NCBI GenBank assembly: GCA_963729715.1
Contig: CAVSPA010000005.1
Location: 320,001 to 384,000, forward strand
DNA from: an uncultured delta proteobacterium
GTDB taxonomy: Bacteria; Desulfobacterota; Syntrophia; Syntrophales; UBA2185
Length of the DNA stretch: 64,000 bases
Direction: 5' to 3'
This document shows positions 30,716 through 41,576 of this stretch, in pieces. The notes beneath the pieces are model-generated. The model had not been told where the DNA came from, searched no databases, and worked only from the letters and a program-made list of their open reading frames with translations. The stretch's first letter is position 1. Each line of letters starts with the position of its first letter. A program made the position numbers and the translations under genes.

Positions 30716-32458
30716 AGCTGGCGCTGCGGCCGGCGCTGGAGCCGCTGCAGGTCTTGGAGCCGCCGGTGCTGCTGCTCTCGCTGGTGCCGCAGGTTTCGGA
30801 GCCGCCGGTGCTGCCGCTGGTTTCGGCGGTGCGGCAACCTGCGTTACCGCAGGAGCTGCAATCATCGCCCCTCCTTCCGCTTCTACTTCTACTGCATAGT
30901 AACTGTCATCGACAAAGACGTTGAATTTCCGGATGCCGGCGCCTTTTTCGGGCGCTACCTTTTCGGGTTTTTCCACAAGTTTCCCCGCCAAGGCTTTCTT
31001 AATCAGTTCGTCTTCTTTCTTTACTTCTTCAATAGTCTTTGGCTTGGCCTCTTTGGGAACGGGCTCGAGACCATACTTCCATTTGAGGAATCTCAATCCC
31101 GTCTGCGGATAGAGGGCGTAAATGAGAACATCTCCTTTGTTTTTCGCGATATCTTTTGTCGCTTCTCTCGCTTTTTCCATTTCCGGATCTAACGCGTCTG
31201 CGGCACGGTTCGTCATGGGGGTCTCGCCACGCTTATAACCTTTCAGACACAGCTTCTGAACAGTTGGATCGATTGGTGCGGGCGGTGCACCATAGAGACC
31301 GAAACAGTAGTCCTTAACTTCCGAGGTAATCATCTTGTAACGCCCCATGAGCACGTTCATAACGGCCTGGATACCGACAATCTGGCTGGTTGGAGTGACC
31401 AGAGGAGGATATCCTAGCTCTTTCCGGGTCTGGGGAAGTTCGGCATACACCTCATTGATTCGATGCAGAGCATTTTGTTCCCTCAGATTAGACACGAGGT
31501 TGGTCTGCATGCCGCCGGGGACCTGATGGAGCAACACACCGGCATCGATGACTGCCATTCTTGTGGTGTCGAGGAACTGACGGTACTTCGGAGCAATCGT
31601 TTCCACATAATTGCCAATCTCGACAATCTTTCTCAGATCCAGACCGATTTCCCGATCTGTGCCTTCGAGGGCAACGAGGAGCGGTTCAATAGCGGGCTGG
31701 GAGGATCGCAGAGCAAAGGGAGACAGCGCCGTATCGACAATATCTACACCAGCTTCCGCAGCCTTCAGGAGTGCCATTGAACCCTGGCCGCTGGTGTAGT
31801 GGGTATGGAGCTCTATGGGAATCTTGATAGCTGCCTTCAGGGCTTTTACCAGTTCATAGGCGTCATAGGGAGAAATCAACCCTGCCATATCCTTGATACA
31901 GAAGGAGTCCGCGCCCATCTCTTCGATAATCTTCGCCTTCTTTACATAGTATTCGAGATCGTACACTTCACCACCCATGCGCCTCTGGGTCAGGGAGTAG
32001 CAGACGCTGCCCTGGATGTGCTTCCCGGCTTCCTTGATGGCCCGGAATGGCGCCTCGAAGTTTCTCGTATCGTTAACCGCATCGAAAACCCGGAAGATGT
32101 CCAGACCACATTCGCCTGTGTACAGGCAGAACTCTCTCACGACGTCATCCGCATAGTTTCTGTAGCCAACGACGTTCTGACCGCGAAGGAGCATCATCAA
32201 TTTGGTCTTGGGCATCAACTTTCTCAGTTGTATCAATCTCGACCATGGATCTTCATTCAAAAATCTGGTCGGTACGTCAAAAGTGGCACCGCCCCAGACT
32301 TCCATGCTGAACCAACCAATTTGATCCATCGCTTCCGCAACGGGGATCATGTCCTCTGTTCTCATTCTGGTCGCCAGCGAAGACTGGTGACCATCACGAA
32401 AAGTTGTATCCGTGATTTTAAGAGGATTTGCTGCTGTTTTCTTTTTCTTCTCTGCCAT
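30491..32458 (-). CDS. Pyruvate carboxylase B / transcarboxylase 5S-type subunit with fused biotin carrier
   Basis: RDGHQS, WGGATFD, KDMAG, HTHYTSG, Ala/Pro linker, EAMKM. Confidence 0.93.
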   Translation of the reverse strand: MAEKKKKTAANPLKITDTTFRDGHQSSLATRMRTEDMIPVAEAMDQIGWFSMEVWGGATFDVPTRFLNEDPWSRLIQLRKLMPKTKLMMLLRGQNVVGYRNYADDVVREFCLYTGECGLDIFRVFDAVNDTRNFEAPFRAIKEAGKHIQGSVCYSLTQRRMGGEVYDLEYYVKKAKIIEEMGADSFCIKDMAGLISPYDAYELVKALKAAIKIPIELHTHYTSGQGSMALLKAAEAGVDIVDTALSPFALRSSQPAIEPLLVALEGTDREIGLDLRKIVEIGNYVETIAPKYRQFLDTTRMAVIDAGVLLHQVPGGMQTNLVSNLREQNALHRINEVYAELPQTRKELGYPPLVTPTSQIVGIQAVMNVLMGRYKMITSEVKDYCFGLYGAPPAPIDPTVQKLCLKGYKRGETPMTNRAADALDPEMEKAREATKDIAKNKGDVLIYALYPQTGLRFLKWKYGLEPVPKEAKPKTIEEVKKEDELIKKALAGKLVEKPEKVAPEKGAGIRKFNVFVDDSYYAVEVEAEGGAMIAAPAVTQVAAPPKPAAAPAAPKPAAPARAAAPAAPRPAAAPAPAAAPAAKAGAGSVTAPMPGLIVDVTCKVGDKVKAGQQVVILEAMKMQNPLAAPVDGEVKSIHVKSGDSVAVGQVLVNIG

Positions 32459-32575
32459 AAGTAAACTCCCTTTCAATATATTATTCTTTGTTATTGTTTA
32501 TGCTCTAAAATAAATGACTTCCTATTTTCCTAAATTGACGATTCAGCCACACCTGCCATCTTTCGATCACGGCCT

Positions 32576-32785
32576 TCAGTATATCCGCATCTGCCACATG
32601 CGGCGTGTGAACATCACATCCTGCCGCCCGGCAAGTGCCCAGATATTAATGGAGGCGTAAGGTGCTGCGGAAGGCGCGGCTTCTGCTGCTGGCACTATCA
32701 GAGCTGCGGCTTCTTCTTCCAGATAGGCACCTATCGCTGCTGATATGGCTGCCATTACTTTTGGATTTATTGACTCCATGCTCAT
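32576..32785 (-). CDS. Small carboxyltransferase-associated (epsilon/delta-like) subunit
   Basis: AAISAAIGAYL..WALAGR pattern; lies between the two carboxylase subunits. Confidence 0.6.
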   Translation of the reverse strand: MSMESINPKVMAAISAAIGAYLEEEAAALIVPAAEAAPSAAPYASINIWALAGRQDVMFTRRMWQMRIY

Positions 32786-32809
32786 TTCCTTTTCTAAGTA
32801 ATTTAATTC

Positions 32810-34363
32810 CTACATTGGAATGTTGCCGTGTTTCTTCGGTGGTCTTGTTTCCCTCTTTGACCTCAGCATATCAAGGGCCCGAATGATATAACGACGGGTC
32901 TCGTGTGGCCGAATAACGGCGTCCACATAGCCTCTTGCCGCTGCCGCATAAGGATTACAGAAGGCATCCTCATATTCTTTGATCTTCTGCGCCCGCATCG
33001 CTGCTGGGTCTGCGGCTGCCTTAATCTCATTCCGGAAGATGATATTGCATGCCCCTTCAGCTCCCATGACCGCCATCTCCGCCGTCGGCCAGGCGATGAC
33101 CATATCCGCACCGAGGTCGCGGCTGCACATGGCCAGATACGATCCGCCATAGTCTTTCCTTGTTGCCAGTGTGATCTTAGGAACAGTCGCTTCTGAATAA
33201 CACCACAAGAGCTTTGCACCGTGTCGGATGATGCCTCTCCATTCCTGGTCTGTTCCCGGCAGATACCCCGGTACGTCCGCTATGGTGATCATAGGAATAT
33301 TGAACGCATCGCAGAAACGAATGAATTTTGTCGCTTTATCAGACGCATCTACGTCAAGACAGCCCGCAAGCCAAGCCGGCTGATTAGCGATGAAGCCGAC
33401 TGTATGACCTGCCATACGTCCGAACGCCACGACCATGTTCCGGGCAAAATACATATGGGGTTCCATGAAATCGCCGTTATCACAGAGTGAGCCGATCAGG
33501 ACCTTCATGTCATAATTCTTTCTTGGAGAATCCGGTACGAGCGTGTCCAGGCTATAATCAACCCGGTTTGGATCGTCACCTGTATCTACATAAGGAGGAT
33601 CTTCCATATTGTTGGAGGGCAGGAAACTAAGAAGTCTCTTGATCTGGTTGATATTGTCTTCATCGCTCTCACAGGCGAAATGGGCGACACCGCTTTTGGT
33701 GTTATGTGTCATCGCTCCACCCAGACCTTCAAAATCTATGATCTCACCGGTAACGGACTTGATAACCTCGGGACCGGTAATAAACATGTAACTCGAGTTC
33801 TTGGTCATGAATATCCAGTCGGTCATGGCCGGCGAGTACACGGCTCCCCCCGCCGTGGGTCCCATGATAGCTGATATCTGGGGAATCGTTCCTGATGCGC
33901 AGGAGTTGCGGTAGAAAATCTGGCCGTAACCCGCGAGTGAATCCACGGCTTCCTGGATTCTGGCGCCGCCTGAGTCGTTAAAGCCTACACATGGAGCTCC
34001 TGTTTTTACTGCCAGATCCATGACCTTGCAGATCTTCTTGGAATGCATCTCTCCCAGTGAGCCTGCGCGGGCGGTAAAATCCTGGGAGAAGGCGAATACC
34101 GTTCGGCCATTGACCTTTCCGTATCCTGTAATGACCGCTTCTGCCGGAACTTCCACTTTGTCCATGCCGAAATCAGTACAGCGATGGCGCATAAACAGGT
34201 CGGTTTCCACAAATGTACCGGGATCAAACAGGAGGCCTATCCTTTCCCTTGCCGTAAGCTTTCCACCTTCATGCTGCTTTGCAATTGCCTTCGGCCCGCC
34301 TTGGGCCATGGCAATGGCTTCACGTCTTTCTAATTCCTGAATTTTTGGAGGTTTTTCACTCAT
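32810..34363 (-). CDS. Methylmalonyl-CoA carboxyltransferase 12S / propionyl-CoA carboxylase beta
   Basis: DSGGARIQE, GGAVYSPAMTD, RFCDAFNIP, KKHGNIP. Confidence 0.95.
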   Translation of the reverse strand: MSEKPPKIQELERREAIAMAQGGPKAIAKQHEGGKLTARERIGLLFDPGTFVETDLFMRHRCTDFGMDKVEVPAEAVITGYGKVNGRTVFAFSQDFTARAGSLGEMHSKKICKVMDLAVKTGAPCVGFNDSGGARIQEAVDSLAGYGQIFYRNSCASGTIPQISAIMGPTAGGAVYSPAMTDWIFMTKNSSYMFITGPEVIKSVTGEIIDFEGLGGAMTHNTKSGVAHFACESDEDNINQIKRLLSFLPSNNMEDPPYVDTGDDPNRVDYSLDTLVPDSPRKNYDMKVLIGSLCDNGDFMEPHMYFARNMVVAFGRMAGHTVGFIANQPAWLAGCLDVDASDKATKFIRFCDAFNIPMITIADVPGYLPGTDQEWRGIIRHGAKLLWCYSEATVPKITLATRKDYGGSYLAMCSRDLGADMVIAWPTAEMAVMGAEGACNIIFRNEIKAAADPAAMRAQKIKEYEDAFCNPYAAAARGYVDAVIRPHETRRYIIRALDMLRSKRETRPPKKHGNIPM

Positions 34364-34394
34364 TTACATCTCTCCCCTTTTCTTTATATAGTTG

Positions 34395-34799
34395 TTATAC
34401 TTTCTGACAAAGTTCTACCAGAACGCCGTATGTGTCCTTTGGATGGACAAAGGCTATCTTCTTTCCGCCGGCTCCCATTCGGGGCACCTTATCGATCAAG
34501 CGGATGCCTTTGGCTTCCAGTTCTTTTAACGCTGCTTCAATATTGTCGACTAAGAATGCAACGTGCTGGACACCCTCTCCTTTCTTTTCGATAAAACCTG
34601 CGATGGGTCCATCCGGTGCGGTAGATTGCAGAAGCTCTACTTCAGTATCGCCCACAGGTAAAAAGGCCGTTGTGACCTTCTGTTCGGCAACAGTCTCCTG
34701 CCCTTCCAGTTTCAGTCCCAGCGTATTAGCAAAGAACTTTAGAGATGTTTCAATGCTGTTTACTGCAACACCGATGTGGTCCACCTTAATTATTTTCAT
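34395..34799 (-). CDS. mce: Methylmalonyl-CoA epimerase
   Basis: DHIGVAV, KGEGVQHVAF, AFVHPK..GVLVEL. Confidence 0.95.
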   Translation of the reverse strand: MKIIKVDHIGVAVNSIETSLKFFANTLGLKLEGQETVAEQKVTTAFLPVGDTEVELLQSTAPDGPIAGFIEKKGEGVQHVAFLVDNIEAALKELEAKGIRLIDKVPRMGAGGKKIAFVHPKDTYGVLVELCQKV

Positions 34800-34901
34800 A
34801 TAATGACCCCCCTTTGTCGGTTTTATTTTTCTGTTATGTTTGAAGGTCGTAGCGTTAACTTCTTCCACCTCAAGTATTAACTGTCCGGCTTATCAAATAA
34901 C

Positions 34902-35792
34902 CTACTTTTTCTTGCCTTTTTTCTTGCTAAGGATTTCCTGTACCCTCTTTCCTATCTCAGCCGGGTTCTTCTCAACGATGACGCCCGCCGCGTCGAGGGC
35001 TTTGAATTTTTCATCCGCGGTTCCCTTTCCACCCGAAATGATCGCACCGGCGTGCCCCATTCTCCTCCCCGGAGGGGCGGTTCTGCCGGCGATGAAAGAT
35101 ACAACCGGCTTGGTGAGGTTGGATTTAATGAATTCAGCAGCCTCTTCCTCGGCAGTTCCGCCGATTTCTCCGATCATAACGAGGGCCACTGTATCAGGAT
35201 CTTTTTCATAGAGAGCCAGCATGTCAACAAAACCTGAACCCGGTATGGGATCCCCACCGATACCGATGGACGTGGTCTGGCCTATTCCCAGATTGGTAAG
35301 CTGCCAGATCGCTTCATAGGTGAGGGTTCCACTTCTTGAGATTACGCCGACGTCGCCCTTTTTATGTATGAAGCTTGGCATAAAGCCGATCTTCCCTACA
35401 CCGGGAGTGGTGATTCCCGGGCAGTTGCACCCAATCATCCGAGCTTTAGATGTCTTGAGCACCTGTTTGACCTTGATCATATCCGTCACAGGAATACCTT
35501 CAGTCATACATACGACAAGCCCGATCCCCGCTTCAATGGATTCGATAATCGCATCCGCAGAGAAAGCTGCAGGAGTATACAAGGCAGCAACATTGGCGCC
35601 TTGCTTTTCTACCGCATCGGCAACCCTGTTATATACGGGGATTCCATCGACGTCCATGCCTCCCTTACCCGGGGTAACCCCAGCCACCACCTTGGTTCCG
35701 AATTTAACAGATTCACGGGTATGAAAGGTTCCTTCCGAACCGGTAATACCCTGAACCACTACACGAGAATTTTTATCTAAAAGTATTGCCAT
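34902..35792 (-). CDS. sucD: Succinyl-CoA synthetase alpha
   Basis: [28 protein letters not shown]. Confidence 0.97.
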   Translation of the reverse strand: MAILLDKNSRVVVQGITGSEGTFHTRESVKFGTKVVAGVTPGKGGMDVDGIPVYNRVADAVEKQGANVAALYTPAAFSADAIIESIEAGIGLVVCMTEGIPVTDMIKVKQVLKTSKARMIGCNCPGITTPGVGKIGFMPSFIHKKGDVGVISRSGTLTYEAIWQLTNLGIGQTTSIGIGGDPIPGSGFVDMLALYEKDPDTVALVMIGEIGGTAEEEAAEFIKSNLTKPVVSFIAGRTAPPGRRMGHAGAIISGGKGTADEKFKALDAAGVIVEKNPAEIGKRVQEILSKKKGKKK

Positions 35793-35827
35793 GTTCAACT
35801 CACCCCTTCTTTTAAAATAGTCTGTTG

Positions 35828-36997
35828 TTATTTAAGCAATGCAACAACCTTTTCGGCGGCTTCATAGAGACCGTCGGCCACGGTGAATTTCAGACCCGAT
35901 TCTTTAAGGAGTTTCTTGCCTTCGTCCACATTCGTCCCCTGGAGCCTGATCACCATGGGCAGTTTCATATCGATGTTCTTGGCAGCCTGGATGATTCCAT
36001 TGGCTACGCGGTCGCACCGGAGAATGCCTCCAAAGATGTTCACCAGAATTGCTTTTACATTGGGGTCGGCAGTGAGAATCCGAAATGCTTTTTCGATCTG
36101 GTCAGGACTGGCGCCGCCGCCGACATCGAGGAAGTTGGCCGGTTCGCCGCCCGCCATCTTGATGAGATCCATTGTCGTCATGGCAAGGCCCGCGCCGTTA
36201 ACCATACAGGCGATATTCCCGTCCAACTTGATATAATTAACCCCTGCATTCTTGGCGATAACTTCCAGGGGGTCTTCCTCATTTTCATCTCTCAGTTGCT
36301 TGATGTCCGGATTGCGGAAGAGTCCGTCATCATCAAAATTTATCTTGGCATCCACGGCGATGAGGTTGCCCTCCACTGTGAGAACGAGAGGGTTGATCTC
36401 CACGAGAGAAGCATCCTTGGCCACAAATAGTTCATACAATCCCTTGGTGATGTTTGCGAATTGGGAACTGAGAGTCTTGTCGCTTCCCAATCCCAAGCCG
36501 TATGCAAGTTTCCTGGCCTCAAACGGGCTGAATCCCACGGCGGGTGGAACGGCGCATTTGATGATTTTTTCCGGAGTTGCCTTGGCTACTTCTTCGATCT
36601 CCATACCACCGGCTTCGGAAGCCATGAAAACGACACATTCCTTGTCACGCGCGCGATCTACCACCATGCCGAGATAAAGCTCTTTCTTGATATTCGATGT
36701 TTCTTCAACCAGAACCTTCTGCACCTTTATTCCTTCCGGACCGGTCTGGTGGGTAATCAGCTTCATGCCGAGGATCTTCTTTGCTGCCTCATACGCTTCA
36801 TCAGGTGTCTTGGCCACTTTCACACCGCCGCCCTTACCTCTTCCGCCGGCATGGATCTGTGCCTTTACAATAGATGTCTTGTTCAGTGATTTGGCTATAT
36901 CTCGAGCCTTTTCAGGTGTATCAGCGACTTCACCGTTGGGTACGGGTACTTTGTAGGCGCGCAAGAGACTCTTAGCCTGATATTCGTGAATCTTCAT
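35828..36997 (-). CDS. sucC: Succinyl-CoA synthetase beta
   Basis: [37 protein letters not shown]. Confidence 0.97.
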   Translation of the reverse strand: MKIHEYQAKSLLRAYKVPVPNGEVADTPEKARDIAKSLNKTSIVKAQIHAGGRGKGGGVKVAKTPDEAYEAAKKILGMKLITHQTGPEGIKVQKVLVEETSNIKKELYLGMVVDRARDKECVVFMASEAGGMEIEEVAKATPEKIIKCAVPPAVGFSPFEARKLAYGLGLGSDKTLSSQFANITKGLYELFVAKDASLVEINPLVLTVEGNLIAVDAKINFDDDGLFRNPDIKQLRDENEEDPLEVIAKNAGVNYIKLDGNIACMVNGAGLAMTTMDLIKMAGGEPANFLDVGGGASPDQIEKAFRILTADPNVKAILVNIFGGILRCDRVANGIIQAAKNIDMKLPMVIRLQGTNVDEGKKLLKESGLKFTVADGLYEAAEKVVALLK

Positions 36998-37233
36998 TAT
37001 GAACCTCCAATCACTATTAATTTGATAGTAAATTAACTTGCTGTCAGTTCTGAAAAATATTTGGTGAGTGGTCGGAGGCCGGAGAAAAAAAGACCTGCTG
37101 GACAACTTAAACACCGATGCGGGAGCTAATTTCTCTGGGAAAATCTTTGACCACTGCGAAAAAATCTACTGCCTTTCTTTTAATGAAGAGTTTGATGAAA
37201 GTGTTGCGGACTACTTGATATTGGTCGGTCGGC

Positions 37234-37262
37234 TTCATACCACCCAAATTCGTTTCTGTCAA
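37234..37262 (-). promoter_or_regulatory. Putative sigma70 promoter of the sucC operon
   Basis: Minus strand TTGACA-N17-TATGAA with a TG extension. Confidence 0.5.
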
Positions 37263-37545
37263 CTTTTTTCTGTGACTATTCTGCAATTTTTTCCACGCAT
37301 GTCATGTCAGTCTGTTTATAAGGACTGGGAGGCTGTTAGAAAAATTGGCGTGGCGTGGAAAATTATGGCAGAATGTTAAATAGTTATAACCGATCATGTT
37401 CATGGCTGTGCACCTGAGGCAGTTCATGGCGGAGTTGAGCGGGTGGAGAGACGGATTTACATAACCCACTGAGACCCTTGAACAAAGGATGATTCTTCCT
37501 TGCCCAAAGGTCTCAACGGTAATAAATCAAGCTTACCTTTCTCAA

Positions 37546-37836
37546 TTATGGGCGGTACTCATAGGCTTCGTATTCTGTTTTCTGTCCGAGCAGGGCGTCA
37601 ATCTGATCCTGGATCTTCGCCCTCTCCTTGCTGGACTGCCAGGCCCTCCAGGCGGAAAGACTATCCCATGTGCTGATAACGAGATACTCGTTCTGTCTAT
37701 CCACATTTTTCAGAGATTCCCCGGACACGTAACCCGGCTCTTTCATGCTGAGTGACCTGAGTCGCATCACAAGTTCCTTCAATTGAGCTGCCTTATCCGC
37801 GGCTACCTTTCTTTTAATGAGAATTTTGACTGCCAT
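37546..37836 (-). CDS. Antibiotic biosynthesis monooxygenase (ABM) family protein
   Basis: PGYVSGESL..YLVISTWDSL.AW..W; SD GGAGG. Confidence 0.85.
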   Translation of the reverse strand: MAVKILIKRKVAADKAAQLKELVMRLRSLSMKEPGYVSGESLKNVDRQNEYLVISTWDSLSAWRAWQSSKERAKIQDQIDALLGQKTEYEAYEYRP

Positions 37837-38181
37837 TTTCGACCTCCTACATTACTTTGTGGGTTGTCTTTCCGGGCTTAGATCTGAATTCTACCAACCG
37901 CGTTTATCTGAATTCATGATAAGCGTGTTAGGGAACACTGTCAAGTCTTTTTGTGGCGTCGTTTCATTTGAAAATAGCCAAACACAATGATGCAACTCAA
38001 TGGAAGTGAAGGTAATTTAACTGTCTGCGCTAATTATTAAGCAGAGAGTGCTCCACGTGATTGTCCCTGCGGTGAAATGTCCCGGAGTGGCTGATAAATA
38101 TAGCCGCATATAATATTCTTCCCAACGGGACCAAGTATATCATCGTTTATCCCCATCTCAATTAATCTTCATCAGCTCGAA

Positions 38182-38499
38182 TTACTCGATTGGATATCCG
38201 GCATTCTTCCAAGCCACCACACCTCCGCGAAGGACCTTGACATTTCCGTATCCTTTTTTCAGGAAGTGCTCTGCCCGACCGGCAGACGTTTTTTCCCTTG
38301 GTCAGGCTCAATAGAGGATAATTTCCTGGTCTTTTGAATATTGCGGAAGCCGGGAATAGAATTCGCTAAGCGAGATGGATCCTTCAAGATTAACCCTTCT
38401 ATATTCCTCGTCGTCCTTATAGGCGCAGACCAGAATGGCCTCCCCTGATTTTACTTTCAGATAAGCTTCTTCCGGCGATATCCGCATGGCTTCCGTCAC
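38182..38499 (-). CDS. Rhodanese-like selenoprotein, 105 aa, with two in-frame TGA codons (Y-U-A-U-P)
   Basis: Reading through TGA 38310-38308 and 38304-38302 gives EIILYUAUPREKTSAGRAEHFLKKGYGNVKVLRGGVVAWKNAGYPIE*, a complete rhodanese C-terminus; SECIS-like hairpin TCTGCC-GGTCG-GGCAGA follows. Confidence 0.82.
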
Positions 38500-38597
38500 G
38501 ACATTCCTCCTGTTTCACATATCGCATTTTTTTACCCGCATGATCGACGAAAACGATTCACGGTTATAATTATCACGGATGTCCCTTCAACTGCACC

Positions 38598-40202
38598 TTA
38601 AGTATTGTCGTCATCGAATGGATGGAGATCTACCCAATTTCGGCGTAGGGTGGCGTCATGGCACACTTCTCCCTTCTTCCCTACAAGTTCGCTGTGTTCA
38701 AGCTTTCTGAGAGCCATGTTGTCGGTCCTCACTTCCGCCAGCGTACGCTTACCATCCTTGAGACGACCAATGACTGTGGCCCGCTCCGCTTGTCCGTCTT
38801 GATCGTAGCGAATTATGTACGACTCAATCGTCAGAATACCGTCAGCCCGTTCGACGGGAGCGGGAATGGCCTCCGCGTCGATTGCCTTCTGAACAGCTGA
38901 ATCATCTCGCTCCTCCCATGGATGGCTGGGAGGTTCCGCTCCATAGATGCCGATCGCATGTTTAGAGTTGTACCAGCCGTTGGCCGTCACCATGGCCTTC
39001 AGGTGGCGATCACGACGAATGCGCTCTACTATGGAGGCAATGGCGTGCATCGTATAGTTATTGCCGGGTCCGCCAAACTGGGCAAGCCCACCGGTGACCG
39101 TAAGGTCCCTCGGATCATCTTCCGAAATACCGATGGCCTGACGGGAGATCTCTACAGCCGATGGAAAGCAGCTATAGAGATCAAAGACGTCGATGTCGGA
39201 AAGCGAAAGACCCGACTGCTTGAGAGCAAGCCGTGCCGCTTCTGTTATGGGAGGGGAATCATAGAGCCTGGGCCTCTCTGTCACATGCCAGACATTGTTT
39301 AGTTCCGCTCCTCCCATCGGATATACCCATTTGGAGCGGTCGATACCGAACGCAGTAGCATCAGCGTCATTTGTCATGATAAGCGCTGCCGACTGATCTA
39401 CGTTGATATTGGCCACAATGCGGACTGTATACGGATAGACAACGTAGCGATTTTGCGGGGCAGCTATTGTCAACTCCTCCGCCTTGTATTTTTTCCGAGT
39501 CCAGGCATAGGGATTCCCAAAGGCGACCTGGGAAAAGCTCTCATACCGATGCCCCATATAGAGCCGGTGTTCCCTGATACTCCTGCCCGATCGATAGCGA
39601 AGGGATGTTTCGAAGAAAGGATACATGAACTGCGGCAGAAAGAGATCGTAGGCTTCTTCAATGGAATTGTTGACTTCATGATACCTATCGCCCGCTCTCT
39701 TGAGCATTTCTTCCTCATGTTCGCACCCCAAGCGGAGAAGTGTATCAAAGTTGGCGGGCAGATTCTTTTCCCTTAGATGCCGAAACGTCACATTGTCATG
39801 CCAATCCAGAACTGTCTCGCCCTTGGAGGCCTTGTACATCGAATATATCGCTTCGGCGCCTGTGAGTAATACGGCCCTTCTCCCTCCCGCAGCAATATCT
39901 CGCGCAAGGCGATTTACCATCGTTTGAGGTGAATCGCCTCCGATCTGCGAATAAATCACGTTCTTAGGCCTAATGCCCAACGACCCGCTTACAGCCAGCG
40001 GCAGACGCTCATCGTCCCGGGAAAAGCTGTTGATCACGCAGACCGTGTCAATGATAGATTTTAAGGCATCACATCCGGCGTCTCTCATGGCGTCAAGGCT
40101 CGCCCTGACCATTAGGCCAAGGGGGTCAAGAATGGGATTTGCATCTTTTTGTTGAGTGTGCTGTGCAGCGCCAATGAGAATGGGAACGGGTCTCGTCTTC
40201 AT
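38598..40202 (-). CDS. Thiolase-like protein (acetyl-CoA acetyltransferase-like)
   Basis: PILIGAAQ, GGDSPQ, NVDQSAA, DLYSCFPSAV, TGGL..FGGPGNNY. Confidence 0.85.
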   Translation of the reverse strand: MKTRPVPILIGAAQHTQQKDANPILDPLGLMVRASLDAMRDAGCDALKSIIDTVCVINSFSRDDERLPLAVSGSLGIRPKNVIYSQIGGDSPQTMVNRLARDIAAGGRRAVLLTGAEAIYSMYKASKGETVLDWHDNVTFRHLREKNLPANFDTLLRLGCEHEEEMLKRAGDRYHEVNNSIEEAYDLFLPQFMYPFFETSLRYRSGRSIREHRLYMGHRYESFSQVAFGNPYAWTRKKYKAEELTIAAPQNRYVVYPYTVRIVANINVDQSAALIMTNDADATAFGIDRSKWVYPMGGAELNNVWHVTERPRLYDSPPITEAARLALKQSGLSLSDIDVFDLYSCFPSAVEISRQAIGISEDDPRDLTVTGGLAQFGGPGNNYTMHAIASIVERIRRDRHLKAMVTANGWYNSKHAIGIYGAEPPSHPWEERDDSAVQKAIDAEAIPAPVERADGILTIESYIIRYDQDGQAERATVIGRLKDGKRTLAEVRTDNMALRKLEHSELVGKKGEVCHDATLRRNWVDLHPFDDDNT

Positions 40203-40209
40203 AGTCTGA

Positions 40210-41502
40210 TCATCTGTAGAAATCCCAAGAATACCCTTCCTGATTATCGTATTTTTCGCCCTGCTGTTTGAGATAGCCCCAATAGGCAAGTTCGTCAATG
40301 TGAAGCTCCGCATCCTTCAATGCGTCAATCACGTCTTTGGTGTCCGGGGGGCAGCCGGTCACCTTTATCGCCTTCTTGATATGCGCATTTTCCTTGTTTG
40401 CCTTTATGATACAATTGCCTATGAGAATGGTATTATCATACCCTCTTTGTGCTTGCATTTTTTTGCCGTTGAGGATCTCAACCTTCGGAAGGGGCTGACC
40501 CGTAAATGCCGACAGCACAAGGATATTCACCATGTTGGCAAGAGGGGTGCATCCAGAGCAGAGAGTTTCATCATACTTGCGTAAGGCGACACCTGTCACA
40601 CCGAATTTCTCAAAGATGGAAGGGCCAGTGTTATCTTTCGTCCATCCCCAGTCCCATTTGAACGATTTGATATGATTTTCCAAGGCCTCACCTCTGATAG
40701 CATAATCTCCGAGGTCGAGAGACTTGCCGTCACGTTTGGCATACTCAACGAAATGGACTATGTCCTGCGGGTCGTAACCTATAGTTTTTGCCGCAACTAT
40801 GTCGGCTCCAAGGATATCGCGGGACGCAATTATAATGCCTTTCCTGAATGCGTTTCCGAAGTGAAGAGGGCCTCGCTCCAAGGCGTAGATACCGTCCACA
40901 ATGGTTAATGCCGGCTTTACGCAATCGGCGATGAATGTGAAACAATACTCCAGGCCGGGACTCGCATGATGGCAGATCTTCTTGGAGGAGGTTCTCAGGC
41001 AGCCTTTAAGATTTTTCAGCCCCAGGGATACTTTCGTCTGGGCGTGGGTTTTCAGAACGGGGAAGTTGATAAGAAAGTCGGACTCCACAGCCTCTTTTGC
41101 GATATGGAGAGTAGGTCCTCCCGGGATTTTGAAATTTACGGATTCGCTGGCATTAAAATCTACGAGCTTGACCCCGTACTTTCTTGCCAGTGAGTAGTAG
41201 CCGAGACCTGCGAAGGCCGCCATGGTACCAACACCCTTTTGAACTTGAACCGATCCCTCACCGATGGATATTTCTCTGCATCCGTGATCCTTGAGCATGA
41301 GGACCAGATCTTTGACGAGACGTGTCGTTGTAAACACGCCGAATGGCGCTATCTTGAACTTATCGTCCCATGTAATAAGATTTGGTTTAATTAGTACCCT
41401 GGCATTTCTCTCCAGTTCTTCAAGGCCGCAGCAAAGCTCGACGGCCTCTCTGAGAGAATCGGGACTGCCGGCATATTGAACCAACGATATGAGCGGACTC
41501 AT
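40210..41502 (-). CDS. DUF362-domain protein
   Basis: VLIKPNL, LKTHAQTKVSLGLKNLKG, TIVDGI; C-terminal Cys motifs. Confidence 0.8.
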   Translation of the reverse strand: MSPLISLVQYAGSPDSLREAVELCCGLEELERNARVLIKPNLITWDDKFKIAPFGVFTTTRLVKDLVLMLKDHGCREISIGEGSVQVQKGVGTMAAFAGLGYYSLARKYGVKLVDFNASESVNFKIPGGPTLHIAKEAVESDFLINFPVLKTHAQTKVSLGLKNLKGCLRTSSKKICHHASPGLEYCFTFIADCVKPALTIVDGIYALERGPLHFGNAFRKGIIIASRDILGADIVAAKTIGYDPQDIVHFVEYAKRDGKSLDLGDYAIRGEALENHIKSFKWDWGWTKDNTGPSIFEKFGVTGVALRKYDETLCSGCTPLANMVNILVLSAFTGQPLPKVEILNGKKMQAQRGYDNTILIGNCIIKANKENAHIKKAIKVTGCPPDTKDVIDALKDAELHIDELAYWGYLKQQGEKYDNQEGYSWDFYR

Positions 41503-41576
41503 GGCTCGCTTCCTTTGATAGAAACGTTACGTTGCTTATCCGAACGCGTAATTTTCAGGAGTCAGGTGGCATGACG

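Noticed and set aside
30715..30860. Short GC-rich tandem repeats
   Set aside because: They encode the ordinary Ala/Pro linker before the biotinyl domain; not a CRISPR or VNTR
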